A stretch of 28,029 bases of DNA from Betaproteobacteria bacterium (lineage in GTDB: Bacteria; Pseudomonadota; Gammaproteobacteria; Tethybacterales; Tethybacteraceae): positions 3,109-31,137 of the forward strand of contig JAPORI010000261.1 of assembly GCA_026710225.1 (NCBI GenBank), given 5' to 3'. Shown here in pieces: positions 1-8,719 of the stretch; position 1 is the first letter of the stretch; each line of letters opens with the position of its first letter. The translations under genes were made by a program, and so were the position numbers. The notes under the pieces are model-generated. The model saw nothing but the letters and a program-made list of their open reading frames with translations, did not search any database and was not told where the DNA came from.

Positions 1-733
1 GCAGCATCGACAGGCTGTCCGGTGCCAGATTGAACGACTCAACAGTTTCTGGATCCAGGCGCGTGTTCCAGGCCATTGTATCGGTGCGGGAAGTCAGCCA
101 GCGGCCGGATTCATCCCGCTTCAGCATGGTTATCGAACGCAGCGTCCAGCCGTTTTCGTTGTGGGCGGCACCCTGGGCGTCGAGTATTTCGGTAAGTCTG
201 CCGGTTGCGGCGCCAAATTCGGTAATTCCGTGCAGCAGCCGGCCAGCGGCGGAGATGTTCTTGATCCGGATGTATTTGTCATCCTGCCTGATCCACAGAT
301 CATCCTGGTGATCGAGAAAGGAGCCGGAACTGCGCACAGTGTTTTCCCGGATTTGCTCGGCGCTTGCCGCCAGCCCTATTTCCGAATTGAGCAAATAGGC
401 GGCCATCCAGACGATGCTTGCCGCGGCCAGCCAGCGGGCGAGCCGGGCGCGAGTGATTCCGTGCAGGCGCATGGCCAGCAGTTCCCGGCGGCGATCAAGG
501 CGCGCCAGCGCAACCGCGCTGCCGATCGCGCAACACGGCGGCAGCAGCTTTATCAGCAGTCCGGGGATAAGCAGGGCAACATCCCAAAGCACCTGCAAGG
601 TGCCGGGTGCGTTGTCGTCGCCGATTCGTTCCAGAAACGAGAACACCAGCATAAAAGACATGAACGCCAGCAGCACGAGGCCGATCAGGGCGCTGAGGCG
701 CCGGAACGCGTAGCGAAGCAGGATCGAGGTCAT
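1..733 (-). CDS. lptG: LPS export ABC transporter permease LptG (partial; 3' end runs off window start)
   Basis: Not in the ORF track, translated by hand: ATG at 733-731 overlaps the lptF stop (ATGA) and the frame is open to position 1. MTSILLRYAFRRLSALIGLVLLAF...RELLAMRLHGIT...DLWIRQDDKYIRIKNI...GWTL...WNTRLDPETVESFNLAPDSLSML fits the LptF/LptG pattern; directly downstream of lptF. Confidence 0.88.
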   Translation of the reverse strand, partial: MTSILLRYAFRRLSALIGLVLLAFMSFMLVFSFLERIGDDNAPGTLQVLWDVALLIPGLLIKLLPPCCAIGSAVALARLDRRRELLAMRLHGITRARLARWLAAASIVWMAAYLLNSEIGLAASAEQIRENTVRSSGSFLDHQDDLWIRQDDKYIRIKNISAAGRLLHGITEFGAATGRLTEILDAQGAAHNENGWTLRSITMLKRDESGRWLTSRTDTMAWNTRLDPETVESFNLAPDSLSML

Positions 734-1785
734 CGGCGGCGGGTCATGCGTCGGGAAACTACTGCCAGCAGCAGCGCCAGCAGCGCCGGCGGCAACAGCG
801 CCGCCATTGCCGGTGCCAGATCGGATCGGAAACCCAATTCCTTGCACAGCCCTACCACCGACATGTACAGCCAGAATCCCAGCACCGTGAAAAAGGTCTT
901 GTACTCGCGCCCGGAGCGCGAATTGACCCGGCCGCCGGCGAAAGCAAGCAGCGCCAGCAGCAGCGCTGCCAGCGGCTGGGTGCAGCGCCAGAAAAATTCA
1001 ACCTGATCGCGGTGATCGTCGCTGCCCAGCAATTCGAGCGAAGGCTGGGCGCGCAAGCGGTGTTCAATGGCCTGCCGGGTTTCGCCGCCGATTTGGTAGG
1101 CGGCCTGGCCGAATTCAAATTCGGTTACCTTGCCGGCGACCAGATCGACTACATAGGTGGCGCCCTTTTCCATATCCATGCTGCGCAGCGGATTGTCCGG
1201 ATCGTCGGTGCGCACCTTTTCGGCCATGATGATCTGGGTTTGTTCGGGGGTTATCTCGCGGGATATGAATACATCGCGCAGGAATGTCTGATCGGCGCTG
1301 CCGGGAGTTGTGTGATAGACGACCCCCAGTTTGCCGATCTCCCCGAACGATCCGGGCTGGGTTGCTTCCAGGGACACTTCGTCGGCGATTGCCTGTCCGT
1401 AGGAGGATGTTATCCGGATCGTCCAGGGCACCAGAAATAACGAAAGCGACGCAATCACGATTGCCGCCGGCACTGCCAGCCGGGCGATCGCCAGATACCA
1501 GTCGCGCACCGCCAGGCCGGCAATGCTCCAGGCATCGTATTCGCTGGTGCGCGACATGCGTCCGAAGCAGATAGTCAGGCCGGCAAACAGGCTAAAGCTC
1601 ATCAACTGGGGCAGCGCCTTGAACATTTGCAAGGTAAGCAGGACGAGCACCGCCTGGGTTGACAGGCCGGAGCTCTTGGCCAGCAGCTGGCCAAGAAAAA
1701 TTATTGCGATCAGCCCGAAGAAAAGCGCAAAGATCGCCCCGGAGTTGGAGAGTGCCTCCCTGCGAAATGAGCGGCGCCAGATCAT
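730..1785 (-). CDS. lptF: LPS export ABC transporter permease LptF
   Basis: 351 aa with 3 N-terminal TMs, FGRMSRTSEYDAWSIAGL (family motif LGRLxxDSExxxxxAxG), periplasmic beta domain and 3 C-terminal TMs. Divergent from pepA, the conserved lptGF-pepA-holC arrangement. Confidence 0.88.
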   Translation of the reverse strand: MIWRRSFRREALSNSGAIFALFFGLIAIIFLGQLLAKSSGLSTQAVLVLLTLQMFKALPQLMSFSLFAGLTICFGRMSRTSEYDAWSIAGLAVRDWYLAIARLAVPAAIVIASLSLFLVPWTIRITSSYGQAIADEVSLEATQPGSFGEIGKLGVVYHTTPGSADQTFLRDVFISREITPEQTQIIMAEKVRTDDPDNPLRSMDMEKGATYVVDLVAGKVTEFEFGQAAYQIGGETRQAIEHRLRAQPSLELLGSDDHRDQVEFFWRCTQPLAALLLALLAFAGGRVNSRSGREYKTFFTVLGFWLYMSVVGLCKELGFRSDLAPAMAALLPPALLALLLAVVSRRMTRRR

Positions 1786-1803
1786 TGCTGGCGGCGGCTC
1801 CGG

Positions 1804-1809
1804 TAGAAT
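1804..1809 (+). promoter_or_regulatory. Candidate sigma70 -10 hexamer (TAGAAT) for pepA-holC
   Basis: TAGAAT in the 77-bp lptF/pepA divergent gap; GGGAG SD-like motif at 1851-1855, 7 nt before GTG 1863. No convincing -35. Confidence 0.35.
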
Positions 1810-1862
1810 CCGTCTTGCATGTTCAACAGGCGGATTATCGCGGACCGGCCGGGAGTGAGCCG

Positions 1863-3338
1863 GTGAAGATCAGGATTGTCAGCGGTTCGGCCGCGACTGT
1901 GGCTGCCGCCGGGGTGATTGTCGGAGTAATCAAAAAGGACAAGAAGCCGACCGGCCCGGCTGCGCAGATCGATCGCAATATCGGCGGCGGAATAAGCGCC
2001 CTGATGGCCGGCCGTGAATTTTCGGCCGCCGCTGGCCGGACAGTTACCCTGCGCCCGGGGCGCGGCCGGGCCAAGTGCGTGATCGTCGTCGGGCTCGGCT
2101 CCGGCAGCATCGCCGAGTATGCCCGGGCCGCCGCAGCCGCCGGTGCGGCTGCCGGTGCCGCCGGACTCAAAAGCGTGTGCTGCGCGCTGGCCGCTACCGC
2201 CGGCTTGAAGATCGATCCGGCCGCGGCAGTGCGGATTGCCGCGCAGCAATGCAGCGGCAGCGACTATCGCTTCAAGCTTGGCCGTCGCCCGGGATCGGCG
2301 GGCATTGACAGCATCTCGCTGCTGTTGCCCGGCAAGAGCAATGCGCGGCTGAACCGGGCGGCGGCAACCGGCGCGGCAATCGCGGCGGGCAGCAATCTGG
2401 CCCGGCATCTGGCCGAGCAACCGCCGAATGTCTGCACCCCGGATTTTCTCGCCCGCTGCGCGCAGGATTTGGGCCGGCATCCAAAGGTGCGCACCAGAGT
2501 GCTCAAGAAGGCGAGTCTGGAAAAGTTGCGCATGGAGGGAATCCTTGCCGTTGGCCGGGGCAGCGCCAATCCGCCTTGCCTGATAACCGTGTCCTACGCC
2601 GGCGGTCGGCCAACCAGTGCGCCGGTTGTGCTGGTTGGCAAGGGAGTGACCTTTGATAGCGGCGGCATATCACTGAAACCGGGTGCGGCCATGGATGAGA
2701 TGAAGTTCGACATGTCCGGAGCCGCCGGGGTGCTCGGCACTCTGGCTGCGGTTGCCCGGATGCGGCTGCCGATCAATGTCGTGGCTGTCGTGCCCAGCGC
2801 CGAGAACATGCCCGACGGCAAGTCCTACCGTCCCGGCGATGTACTCAAGATGTACAGCGGCAAGAGCGTTGAAGTTCTCAATACCGATGCCGAAGGCCGG
2901 ATGCTGCTGGCCGATGCCCTGGCTTATGCGGAAAAGAGGTTCAAGCCGGCGGCAATCGTTGATGCTGCGACCCTGACTGGCGCTTGCGTGGTCGCGCTTG
3001 GCCACCACAGGAGCGGCATGTTTGCCCGCAACGACGATCTGGCCGAAGCGCTGGTCGCCGCCGGCGAAGCCTCAGCCGACTTGTGCTGGCGGCTGCCGCT
3101 GGATGACGAGTACGATCAGCTGCTTTCCAGTTCCTACGCCGATTTCGCGCACATCGGCGGCGGCCGGGCTGCCGGCACGATTACCGCCGCCTGCTTTCTC
3201 GGTCGTTTTGTCAAGACCAGGAAATGGGCGCATCTAGACATTGCCGGCTCCGCCTGGGGCAAGGACAAGCGCGCTACCGGCCGGCCGGTGGGTTTGCTGG
3301 CTACCTGGCTGGCGGCAAAGGCACGGCGGCTGGATTAG
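1863..3338 (+). CDS. pepA: Leucyl aminopeptidase (M17 family)
   Basis: LVGKGVTFDSGGISLKPGAAMDEMKFDMSGAA and NTDAEGRMLLADAL metal/catalytic motifs, WAHLDIAG. Start moved from 1659 (overlaps lptF) to the in-frame GTG at 1863, which has an SD. Confidence 0.97.
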   Translation: MKIRIVSGSAATVAAAGVIVGVIKKDKKPTGPAAQIDRNIGGGISALMAGREFSAAAGRTVTLRPGRGRAKCVIVVGLGSGSIAEYARAAAAAGAAAGAAGLKSVCCALAATAGLKIDPAAAVRIAAQQCSGSDYRFKLGRRPGSAGIDSISLLLPGKSNARLNRAAATGAAIAAGSNLARHLAEQPPNVCTPDFLARCAQDLGRHPKVRTRVLKKASLEKLRMEGILAVGRGSANPPCLITVSYAGGRPTSAPVVLVGKGVTFDSGGISLKPGAAMDEMKFDMSGAAGVLGTLAAVARMRLPINVVAVVPSAENMPDGKSYRPGDVLKMYSGKSVEVLNTDAEGRMLLADALAYAEKRFKPAAIVDAATLTGACVVALGHHRSGMFARNDDLAEALVAAGEASADLCWRLPLDDEYDQLLSSSYADFAHIGGGRAAGTITAACFLGRFVKTRKWAHLDIAGSAWGKDKRATGRPVGLLATWLAAKARRLD

Positions 3339-3345
3339 ATCGACA

Positions 3346-3789
3346 ATGACCGAGATTCGGATCTACGAAAATGTTGCTCGCGCCGACCGCTTCATTTGGC
3401 GACTGCTGTGCTCGAAGATTCTGCCTGCCGGCCAGCGCTCGGTGGTGCTGCTGCCTTCGGCCCGGCGGGTAAACGATCTGGACGGCTATCTGTGGAGCTG
3501 CGACAAGGAGTCGTTCATTCCCCACTGTCTGGCAACTCACGATCTGGCCGCCGAGACTCCGGTGCTGCTTGCCCAGACTGGTGATCGCGAGCCGGAAGCG
3601 GTTGAGGTCCTGATCAACTGCTGCGACGAAATGCCGGCCAACTTTGCCGCTTACCAAAGCCTGGTTGAGATTGTCGCACCCGCCGATTCCGCCCGGGAGG
3701 CGGCCCGGCAGCGAGTTGCTGAATACGAAAGTCGCGGCCATCGCCTGCAACGCTTTGACATGGGTGCGGCTGCCGCCGCTGCCCATTAA
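3346..3789 (+). CDS. holC: DNA polymerase III subunit chi
   Basis: ATG 3346 (MTEIRIYE), 7 bp after the pepA stop; LDGYLWSCDKESFIPH (family LDxxLWxxxxxSFLPH), EVLIN, and AREAARQRVAEYESRG; pepA-holC synteny. Confidence 0.9.
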   Translation: MTEIRIYENVARADRFIWRLLCSKILPAGQRSVVLLPSARRVNDLDGYLWSCDKESFIPHCLATHDLAAETPVLLAQTGDREPEAVEVLINCCDEMPANFAAYQSLVEIVAPADSAREAARQRVAEYESRGHRLQRFDMGAAAAAAH

Positions 3790-3790
3790 C

Positions 3791-3796
3791 TAGAAT
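3791..3796 (+). promoter_or_regulatory. Candidate -10 hexamer (TAGAAT) for tRNA-Ala
   Basis: TAGAAT just after the holC stop, 16 nt before tRNA base 1; no clear -35. Confidence 0.35.
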
Positions 3797-3812
3797 CCCT
3801 GCCGGAAAGTCA

Positions 3813-3885
3813 GGGGCCGTAGCTCAGTTGGTAGAGTGCAGCGTTCGCAATGCTGAGGTCAGGGGTTCGATCCCCCTCGGCTCCA
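3813..3885 (+). tRNA. tRNA-Ala(CGC), CCA not encoded
   Basis: 73-nt cloverleaf: acceptor GGGGCCG/CGGCTCC with the G3:U70 alanine identity pair, D arm AGCTCAGTTGGTAGAGT, anticodon arm CAGCG-TT CGC AA-TGCTG, T arm AGGGG-TTCGATC-CCCCT, discriminator A73. Followed by CATCC, not CCA. Confidence 0.97.
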
Positions 3886-3905
3886 CATCCCGGTTGGCCT
3901 AGTCG

Positions 3906-5252
3906 ATGAACTCCGGCACCCGGCGTTCCGATCTTGGCAGGCTGGTTGGGTTGCTCGCCCGCCGGCGCTTCTGGCCGCTGTTTGCCGTCCAGTTCGGCGG
4001 GGCACTCAACGACAATGTCTTGCGCAATGCGATCGTCGCAATGGTCGCGTTCGGATCGATTGCCGGTGATGCTGCGCCCGGCGAAAAAGCCTTGTTGATT
4101 CAGGCGGCGGTGGCGCTGTTCATGCTGCCTTTCTTGCTTTTTTCACCGGCGGCCGGGATGCTTGCCGATTCCTGTCCGGATCGCGCGGTTGCAGTGCGCT
4201 GGATCAAGTCCGGCGAGATCGCAACCGCCAGTCTGGCTGCGTGCGGTCTGTTCATGCAAAGTATGCCGCTGCTGCTGGTTGCGCTGTTTTTGTCCGGATT
4301 GCAGTCGGCGCTTTTCGGACCCTTCAAGTACAGCCTGCTGCCGGTGATTTTGCGCCGCGATGAGTTGCTTGGCGGCAATTCACTGCAAAGTGCTTCGACT
4401 TATGTCGCGATACTCATCGGCGTGGTATGGGGAACCCACTTGGGTGCGTCTGAACCGGAACCGACCGCTACTGCGGCGGTAATCATCGGCATTGCCGTGG
4501 CGGGTTTTGCAGCATCGCTAATGATGTTGCGACTGCCGTGGCCGGAAAGCCCCGGCTGGAAGGCGGCGCTGCGCATCAATCCGGCTACGGCAGTGGTGGC
4601 GGTGGTGCGCAAGGTTGCCGCCTTGCGCGGAATCCTGACCCTGGTGCTGCTTTCAAGCTGGTTCTGGGTGAGCGGATCGCTGGTGCTCATTCAGTTGCCG
4701 GTTTTGGTGCGCGATTCGCTGGGCTTTGATCATGGCGTCTATCTGCTGTTGCTGATGGTGGTGTGTCTGGGGGTTGCCGCCGGATCACTGGCTGCATCCT
4801 TGACGCTGAAAGGACAGGTAAGCCTGCGTCATGTTGCGGTTGCGATTGCGGTGGCTTCGGCGGCTCTGCTGCTGCCGGTCTGGCCGCCGGCAGCACCGGC
4901 TGGCGAAGCCGCTGGCCTGGATGCGTTTTTCGCTTCCGGCCATGCCGGATCGGTTGCGATCATGCTTGCGGTTTTGTCGGCGGCGATGGGCTTTTACATT
5001 GTTCCCATCTATGCCGCGATGCAGGCCTGGGTGCCGGAGGCGGCCCGCGGTCAGACGATTGCGGCCAACAATGTCTTCAACGCGCTGTTCATCGCAACTG
5101 GTGCGACCGCAGCCGGTCTGTTTGTCGAAAACTTTGCCGCAATCGGCACCGGCACCTACTGGCTGTTCGTTATTGTCGGGGTTGCCGGACTCGCCGTTGC
5201 TGTCTGGGCGTTGTTGAAACTGCCCGGTCTCGAAAGACAGTTGGCGAACTAA
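3906..5252 (+). CDS. MFS transporter, LplT/Aas-associated lysophospholipid-transporter-like
   Basis: 448 aa, about 12 TMs; RRFWPLFAVQFGGALNDNVLRNAI, PFLLFSPAAGMLAD, QSALFGPFKYSLLP, ELLGGN, GFYIVPIYA and IAANNVFNALF are characteristic of this MFS clade. Confidence 0.85.
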   Translation: MNSGTRRSDLGRLVGLLARRRFWPLFAVQFGGALNDNVLRNAIVAMVAFGSIAGDAAPGEKALLIQAAVALFMLPFLLFSPAAGMLADSCPDRAVAVRWIKSGEIATASLAACGLFMQSMPLLLVALFLSGLQSALFGPFKYSLLPVILRRDELLGGNSLQSASTYVAILIGVVWGTHLGASEPEPTATAAVIIGIAVAGFAASLMMLRLPWPESPGWKAALRINPATAVVAVVRKVAALRGILTLVLLSSWFWVSGSLVLIQLPVLVRDSLGFDHGVYLLLLMVVCLGVAAGSLAASLTLKGQVSLRHVAVAIAVASAALLLPVWPPAAPAGEAAGLDAFFASGHAGSVAIMLAVLSAAMGFYIVPIYAAMQAWVPEAARGQTIAANNVFNALFIATGATAAGLFVENFAAIGTGTYWLFVIVGVAGLAVAVWALLKLPGLERQLAN

Positions 5253-6121
5253 GTCTCCGGCTGCGAAAATTTTGTCGCCGCCCAGGCGTGGAGGACAAAT
5301 ACGATCATCATCAATGCGCCGGCTATTAGTACCTGCGCCTGCGGTTGTTCATTGAGAAACAGCCATGCCAGCAGCGGTGCGACCGCCAGTTCGATCAAAA
5401 ACAGCAGGCTGGTTTCCGGCGGCGACAGCAGCCGGGCAGCGCGGGTAAGCAGCCAGAAGGAAAAGCCCTGAATCACGAAGCCGTTGCAAAAAATCACCAG
5501 CCACTGACTGGCACTGAGCGCAGCGAAATCGGCTTCCGGCAGCCAGATCACTCCGACGGCCAGCGCTCCGATAGCAACTCCGAGCACCAGATTGACCGCG
5601 GCAAACCGGCGGATGATTACCACGCCGGCGGCCAGCATCAAGACATTCACCGCGGCGTATACATGACCGGTTGAGCTGGCGGCAAAGCCAACTGGTGCGG
5701 TTGCGGCAAAAACCAGCAAGGTTGCCAGTCCGGCACTGGCTGCCGCCAGCCAGGTGAACCAGGCCAGCTTGTCGCGCAAAAACAGCGCGCTTAGCAGTGC
5801 CGCGGCCAGCGGTGCGGTTGAAACGATTACCAGCGTGTTGGCAACATGGGTGGCGCGGATCGACAGCACGAAAGTGATGGTGCCGATGCAAAAGGTCGTT
5901 GCATAGGCAAGTGCCGCAGCCAGCGCCGATCCGGTTGGCAGCCGGCGGGGTCCGAAGATCGCAGCCAGCATCAGCACCGCCAGACAGGTGAACAAACCGC
6001 GGCCGGCCAGCACGGTTGCCAGATCGAAGTCGGCCAGCCGCAAGGTGAGGGAATCGGGGCTCAAAATGGCTATGCCGAGCAAACCCCAAACCAGGCCGCG
6101 CTTGCGATCGGATACAGGCAT
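5249..6121 (-). CDS. DMT/EamA family transporter
   Basis: 290 aa, about 10 TMs in two EamA repeats; GIAILSPDSLTLRL, VANTLVIVSTAPLAAALLS, PETSLLFLIELAVAPLLAWLFLNE. Confidence 0.88.
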   Translation of the reverse strand: MPVSDRKRGLVWGLLGIAILSPDSLTLRLADFDLATVLAGRGLFTCLAVLMLAAIFGPRRLPTGSALAAALAYATTFCIGTITFVLSIRATHVANTLVIVSTAPLAAALLSALFLRDKLAWFTWLAAASAGLATLLVFAATAPVGFAASSTGHVYAAVNVLMLAAGVVIIRRFAAVNLVLGVAIGALAVGVIWLPEADFAALSASQWLVIFCNGFVIQGFSFWLLTRAARLLSPPETSLLFLIELAVAPLLAWLFLNEQPQAQVLIAGALMMIVFVLHAWAATKFSQPET

Positions 6122-6206
6122 CGTCTGGTTTCAGGAAAGGCGCGGCAGCGGGAAAGCCCAAATCATTGGCAAGTTGCCGATTCTCGCCGCTAGCCAGCAC
6201 CGCTTT

Positions 6207-6212
6207 TATAAT
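6207..6212 (+). promoter_or_regulatory. Consensus -10 hexamer (TATAAT) 8 nt before the xth start
   Basis: Perfect TATAAT in a GC-rich genome; weak -35 candidate TCGCCG at 6184-6189 (17-bp spacer); no SD. Confidence 0.5.
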
Positions 6213-6220
6213 TTTGCCTC

Positions 6221-6988
6221 TTGCCGACGATAACCACCTTCAACTGCAACGGTATCCGCGCCAGCCTGCGCAAGGGTCTGGACCAGTGGATTGCCAGGCG
6301 CGATCCGGACATTCTGTGTTTGCAGGAAGTGCGCGCCCGGCCGCAGGACCTGGGCGACTGGGCTAGCCGTCCGGCGGGCCGCCACGCCTGCTGGCATCCC
6401 GCGCAACGCAGCGGTTATTCGGGAGTTGCGATCATCAGCCGGCGACGACCGGATGCGGTGCGGCGCCGCTTCGGCGATCCGATCATCGACGGCGAGGGAC
6501 GCTGGTTGGAGGCTGACTTCGGATTGCTGACGGTTGTTTCGCTCTACTTGCCCTCCGGCACCAGCGGCGATGAGCGCCAGCTAATCAAGTATCAGGTAAT
6601 GGCAAAGGTGAAACGCCGGATGGACCGGCTGCTCAAAGGCGGCCGGAAAGTCGTGATCGCCGGCGACTTCAACATCGCGCACACCGAAAGGGATATTGCC
6701 AACTGGCGCGGCAACCTGAAAAATTCCGGATTTCTGCCCGACGAGCGGGCCTGGCTGGGCGCTCTTATTGATCCGGGCGGCTGGTGTGATGTGTTCCGCA
6801 AACTGGATGGGCGCGCCGGCCGCTACACCTGGTGGTCGCAGCGCGGCTCAGCCCGGCAGCGCAATGTCGGCTGGCGGATTGACTATCAGTTTGCAACCCC
6901 GGCCATGGCTCGCAGAGCCGAGTCGGTGCGCATCGATAAACGGCCGCTGCTTTCCGATCACGCGCCGTTGACCGTCAGTTATCGCTAG
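6221..6988 (+). CDS. xth: Exodeoxyribonuclease III / AP endonuclease (Xth/ExoA family)
   Basis: TFNCNGIRA, CLQEVR, GYSGVA, SLYLPSG, GDFNIAH, NSGFLPDER, YTWWSQRG, GWRIDY and SDHAP: the full EEP catalytic motif set. TTG start. Confidence 0.96.
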   Translation: MPTITTFNCNGIRASLRKGLDQWIARRDPDILCLQEVRARPQDLGDWASRPAGRHACWHPAQRSGYSGVAIISRRRPDAVRRRFGDPIIDGEGRWLEADFGLLTVVSLYLPSGTSGDERQLIKYQVMAKVKRRMDRLLKGGRKVVIAGDFNIAHTERDIANWRGNLKNSGFLPDERAWLGALIDPGGWCDVFRKLDGRAGRYTWWSQRGSARQRNVGWRIDYQFATPAMARRAESVRIDKRPLLSDHAPLTVSYR

Positions 6989-8105
6989 GCCGGCCGGGCG
7001 CGCTGGCCGCAACGCTTTGTTCCGGCAATGAATCGACATGGACGGTTGAAGTCGGGAATGCGAATTCGGCACCGTTTTTCTCGACGATGGCGGCGATTTT
7101 GAACAAGACATCCTCCTTGCAGGCAACCGCAGCCGCCCATTTGGTGGTCGAGGTCATGCAGTAGACATAGAACTCAACTGCCGAAGCGCCGAAGCGGTCG
7201 AAGGCGACCAGCTGAATCTGGTTCGAATCGATGCCGGGATGATCGGTGAGCATCTGCCGGATGTCGGCAAGCACCTTGGGCAGGCGACCGATATCGCAGT
7301 AGCGCAGCCCGGCGTATTCGAAGATGCGTCGGTGGGTCATTCGATCCGGGTTCTCGATTACATGCTTGATGATTATCGAGTTGGGAACATACAGCGGGCG
7401 TCGGTCAAAGGTGCGGATCAGCGTGTAGCGCAAGTCGTAGCTTTCGATGGTGCCCTCGATATCGGTGCCGCGCAGCTTTATCCACTCGCCGACTTCAAAC
7501 TCGTCGGTCCAGACCACCAGAAAACCGGCGAAGATGTCGGAAAGGATTTCCCGGGCTGCAAAGCCGATTAACAGGCCTCCGGCGCCGCCGAAGGCCAGCA
7601 GGCCGGCGATGCTTACTCCGGCGGCATTCAAAAGCAGCAAGATGATCAGCATCGCGCCGGTTACCCGCACGAACACAAGCAGCAGCTGCATATCGCGGTG
7701 ACTGAGCTTGTCGAGAAACTGCGGCAGTTTCAGCGTTGCCGGACCGCCCTTTTCGAGTGCATCCTCGATGCGGGAGATGCAGCGCAGGATGAACCAGGAG
7801 ATCGCAATCGTGATCGGCAGCGATTCGAATAAGGTCAGGCTATCGATCCCGGCCAGCCAGTCATCCGGCACCAGTTGCTCGAATCCCTCCTTGCCGCCCA
7901 AAAACAGGGTAAGCAACACCAGCGGCAAGCGCCCCTCGCGGGCAAACATCGCCGCCCAGCTGCCGGCCGGCCGGCGTTTGATCAACTGTCCGGTCAAGAA
8001 CGCGAACGCAACCGCCATCAGCAAGGTGCCGGTCAGGATGATGATGCCGCCGGGAACTGCCGCCAGCATTTCCCGCACCGGTGCCGGCAACAAATAATCA
8101 GGCAC
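6975..8105 (-). CDS. Mechanosensitive channel, MscS family (YnaI-like)
   Basis: LLAFGGAGGLLIGFAAREILSDIFAG pore helix, FEVGEWI, PLYVPNS, NPDRMTHRRI, GLRY, AEFAFPT. Start uncertain: GTG 8105 (AAGGA upstream, 8-bp overlap with the msrQ stop) or ATG 8069; 8195 is unlikely. Confidence 0.9.
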   Translation of the reverse strand: MPDYLLPAPVREMLAAVPGGIIILTGTLLMAVAFAFLTGQLIKRRPAGSWAAMFAREGRLPLVLLTLFLGGKEGFEQLVPDDWLAGIDSLTLFESLPITIAISWFILRCISRIEDALEKGGPATLKLPQFLDKLSHRDMQLLLVFVRVTGAMLIILLLLNAAGVSIAGLLAFGGAGGLLIGFAAREILSDIFAGFLVVWTDEFEVGEWIKLRGTDIEGTIESYDLRYTLIRTFDRRPLYVPNSIIIKHVIENPDRMTHRRIFEYAGLRYCDIGRLPKVLADIRQMLTDHPGIDSNQIQLVAFDRFGASAVEFYVYCMTSTTKWAAAVACKEDVLFKIAAIVEKNGAEFAFPTSTVHVDSLPEQSVAASAPGRPSDN

Positions 8106-8709
8106 GGGCGGCTGATCCTTGCCGGCGCATCCGGCCAATGACCCGGGCTGCCAGCAGAGCGAGCACGATCGCCAGATAGACGAAAGGACCCGCATCCTCG
8201 CCGCGCACCAGCCACAGATAGTGGATGCAGGCAGCGATGCACAGGGGGTACATCAGCCGGTGCAGCTTGCGCCAGAGCGCTCCCAGCTTGCGTACCGAGA
8301 AATTGTTGGAGGTCACCGCCAGCGGTGTCATCATCACGAAAGCGGCGAAGCCGGCGCTGATGTAGCGACGCTCGGCCAGGTCATCGATCAGGTAGGCGGG
8401 AGAGAAGCCGGCTTCCAGCCACATGTAGAAGAAAACGTGACACAGTGCATAGCAAAATGACAGCACTCCCAGATTGCGGCGAAAGATGCCAAGCCGTTTC
8501 CAGCCGGTAAGCGATCGGATCGGGGTGATTGCCAAAGTGATTATCAGCAGCCGCAGTGCGGTTTCGCCGGTGATGTGGGCGGCCACCTCATAGGGGTCGG
8601 CCGGCTGTTCGAATACGAATATCCTTGCCAGATTGACCAGCGGCAACAGGCAGATGATGATGACAATCGCCTTTTGCACCGAAATGCTGCCAAGCGGGCC
8701 GGATTTCAT
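8098..8709 (-). CDS. msrQ: Protein-methionine-sulfoxide reductase heme-binding membrane subunit MsrQ
   Basis: HITGETALRLLIITLAITP, FRRNLGVLSFCYALCH, LAVTSNN, WRKLHRLMY...IHYLW ferric-reductase-like heme His motifs; 10 bp downstream of msrP. Confidence 0.95.
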   Translation of the reverse strand: MKSGPLGSISVQKAIVIIICLLPLVNLARIFVFEQPADPYEVAAHITGETALRLLIITLAITPIRSLTGWKRLGIFRRNLGVLSFCYALCHVFFYMWLEAGFSPAYLIDDLAERRYISAGFAAFVMMTPLAVTSNNFSVRKLGALWRKLHRLMYPLCIAACIHYLWLVRGEDAGPFVYLAIVLALLAARVIGRMRRQGSAARA

Positions 8710-8719
8710 GGCGGGGCTG

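Noticed and set aside
30-1006. Plus-strand ORFs 30..311, 161..1006 and 414..713
   Set aside because: Antisense shadows of lptG/lptF. The real gene here is minus-strand lptG, missing from the track because it runs off the window.
3339-3812. Absence of valS after pepA-holC
   Set aside because: The valS link is not universal in Proteobacteria; ordinary rearrangement.
3813-6121. tRNA-Ala as integration site of a genomic island (MFS + DMT as cargo)
   Set aside because: No integrase, no visible duplication of the tRNA 3' end in the window, and no obvious composition shift.
6167-6178. TGGCAAGTTGCC as a sigma54 promoter or operator
   Set aside because: GG-to-GC spacing is too short for -24/-12; the 5-bp-arm palindrome is within chance expectation.
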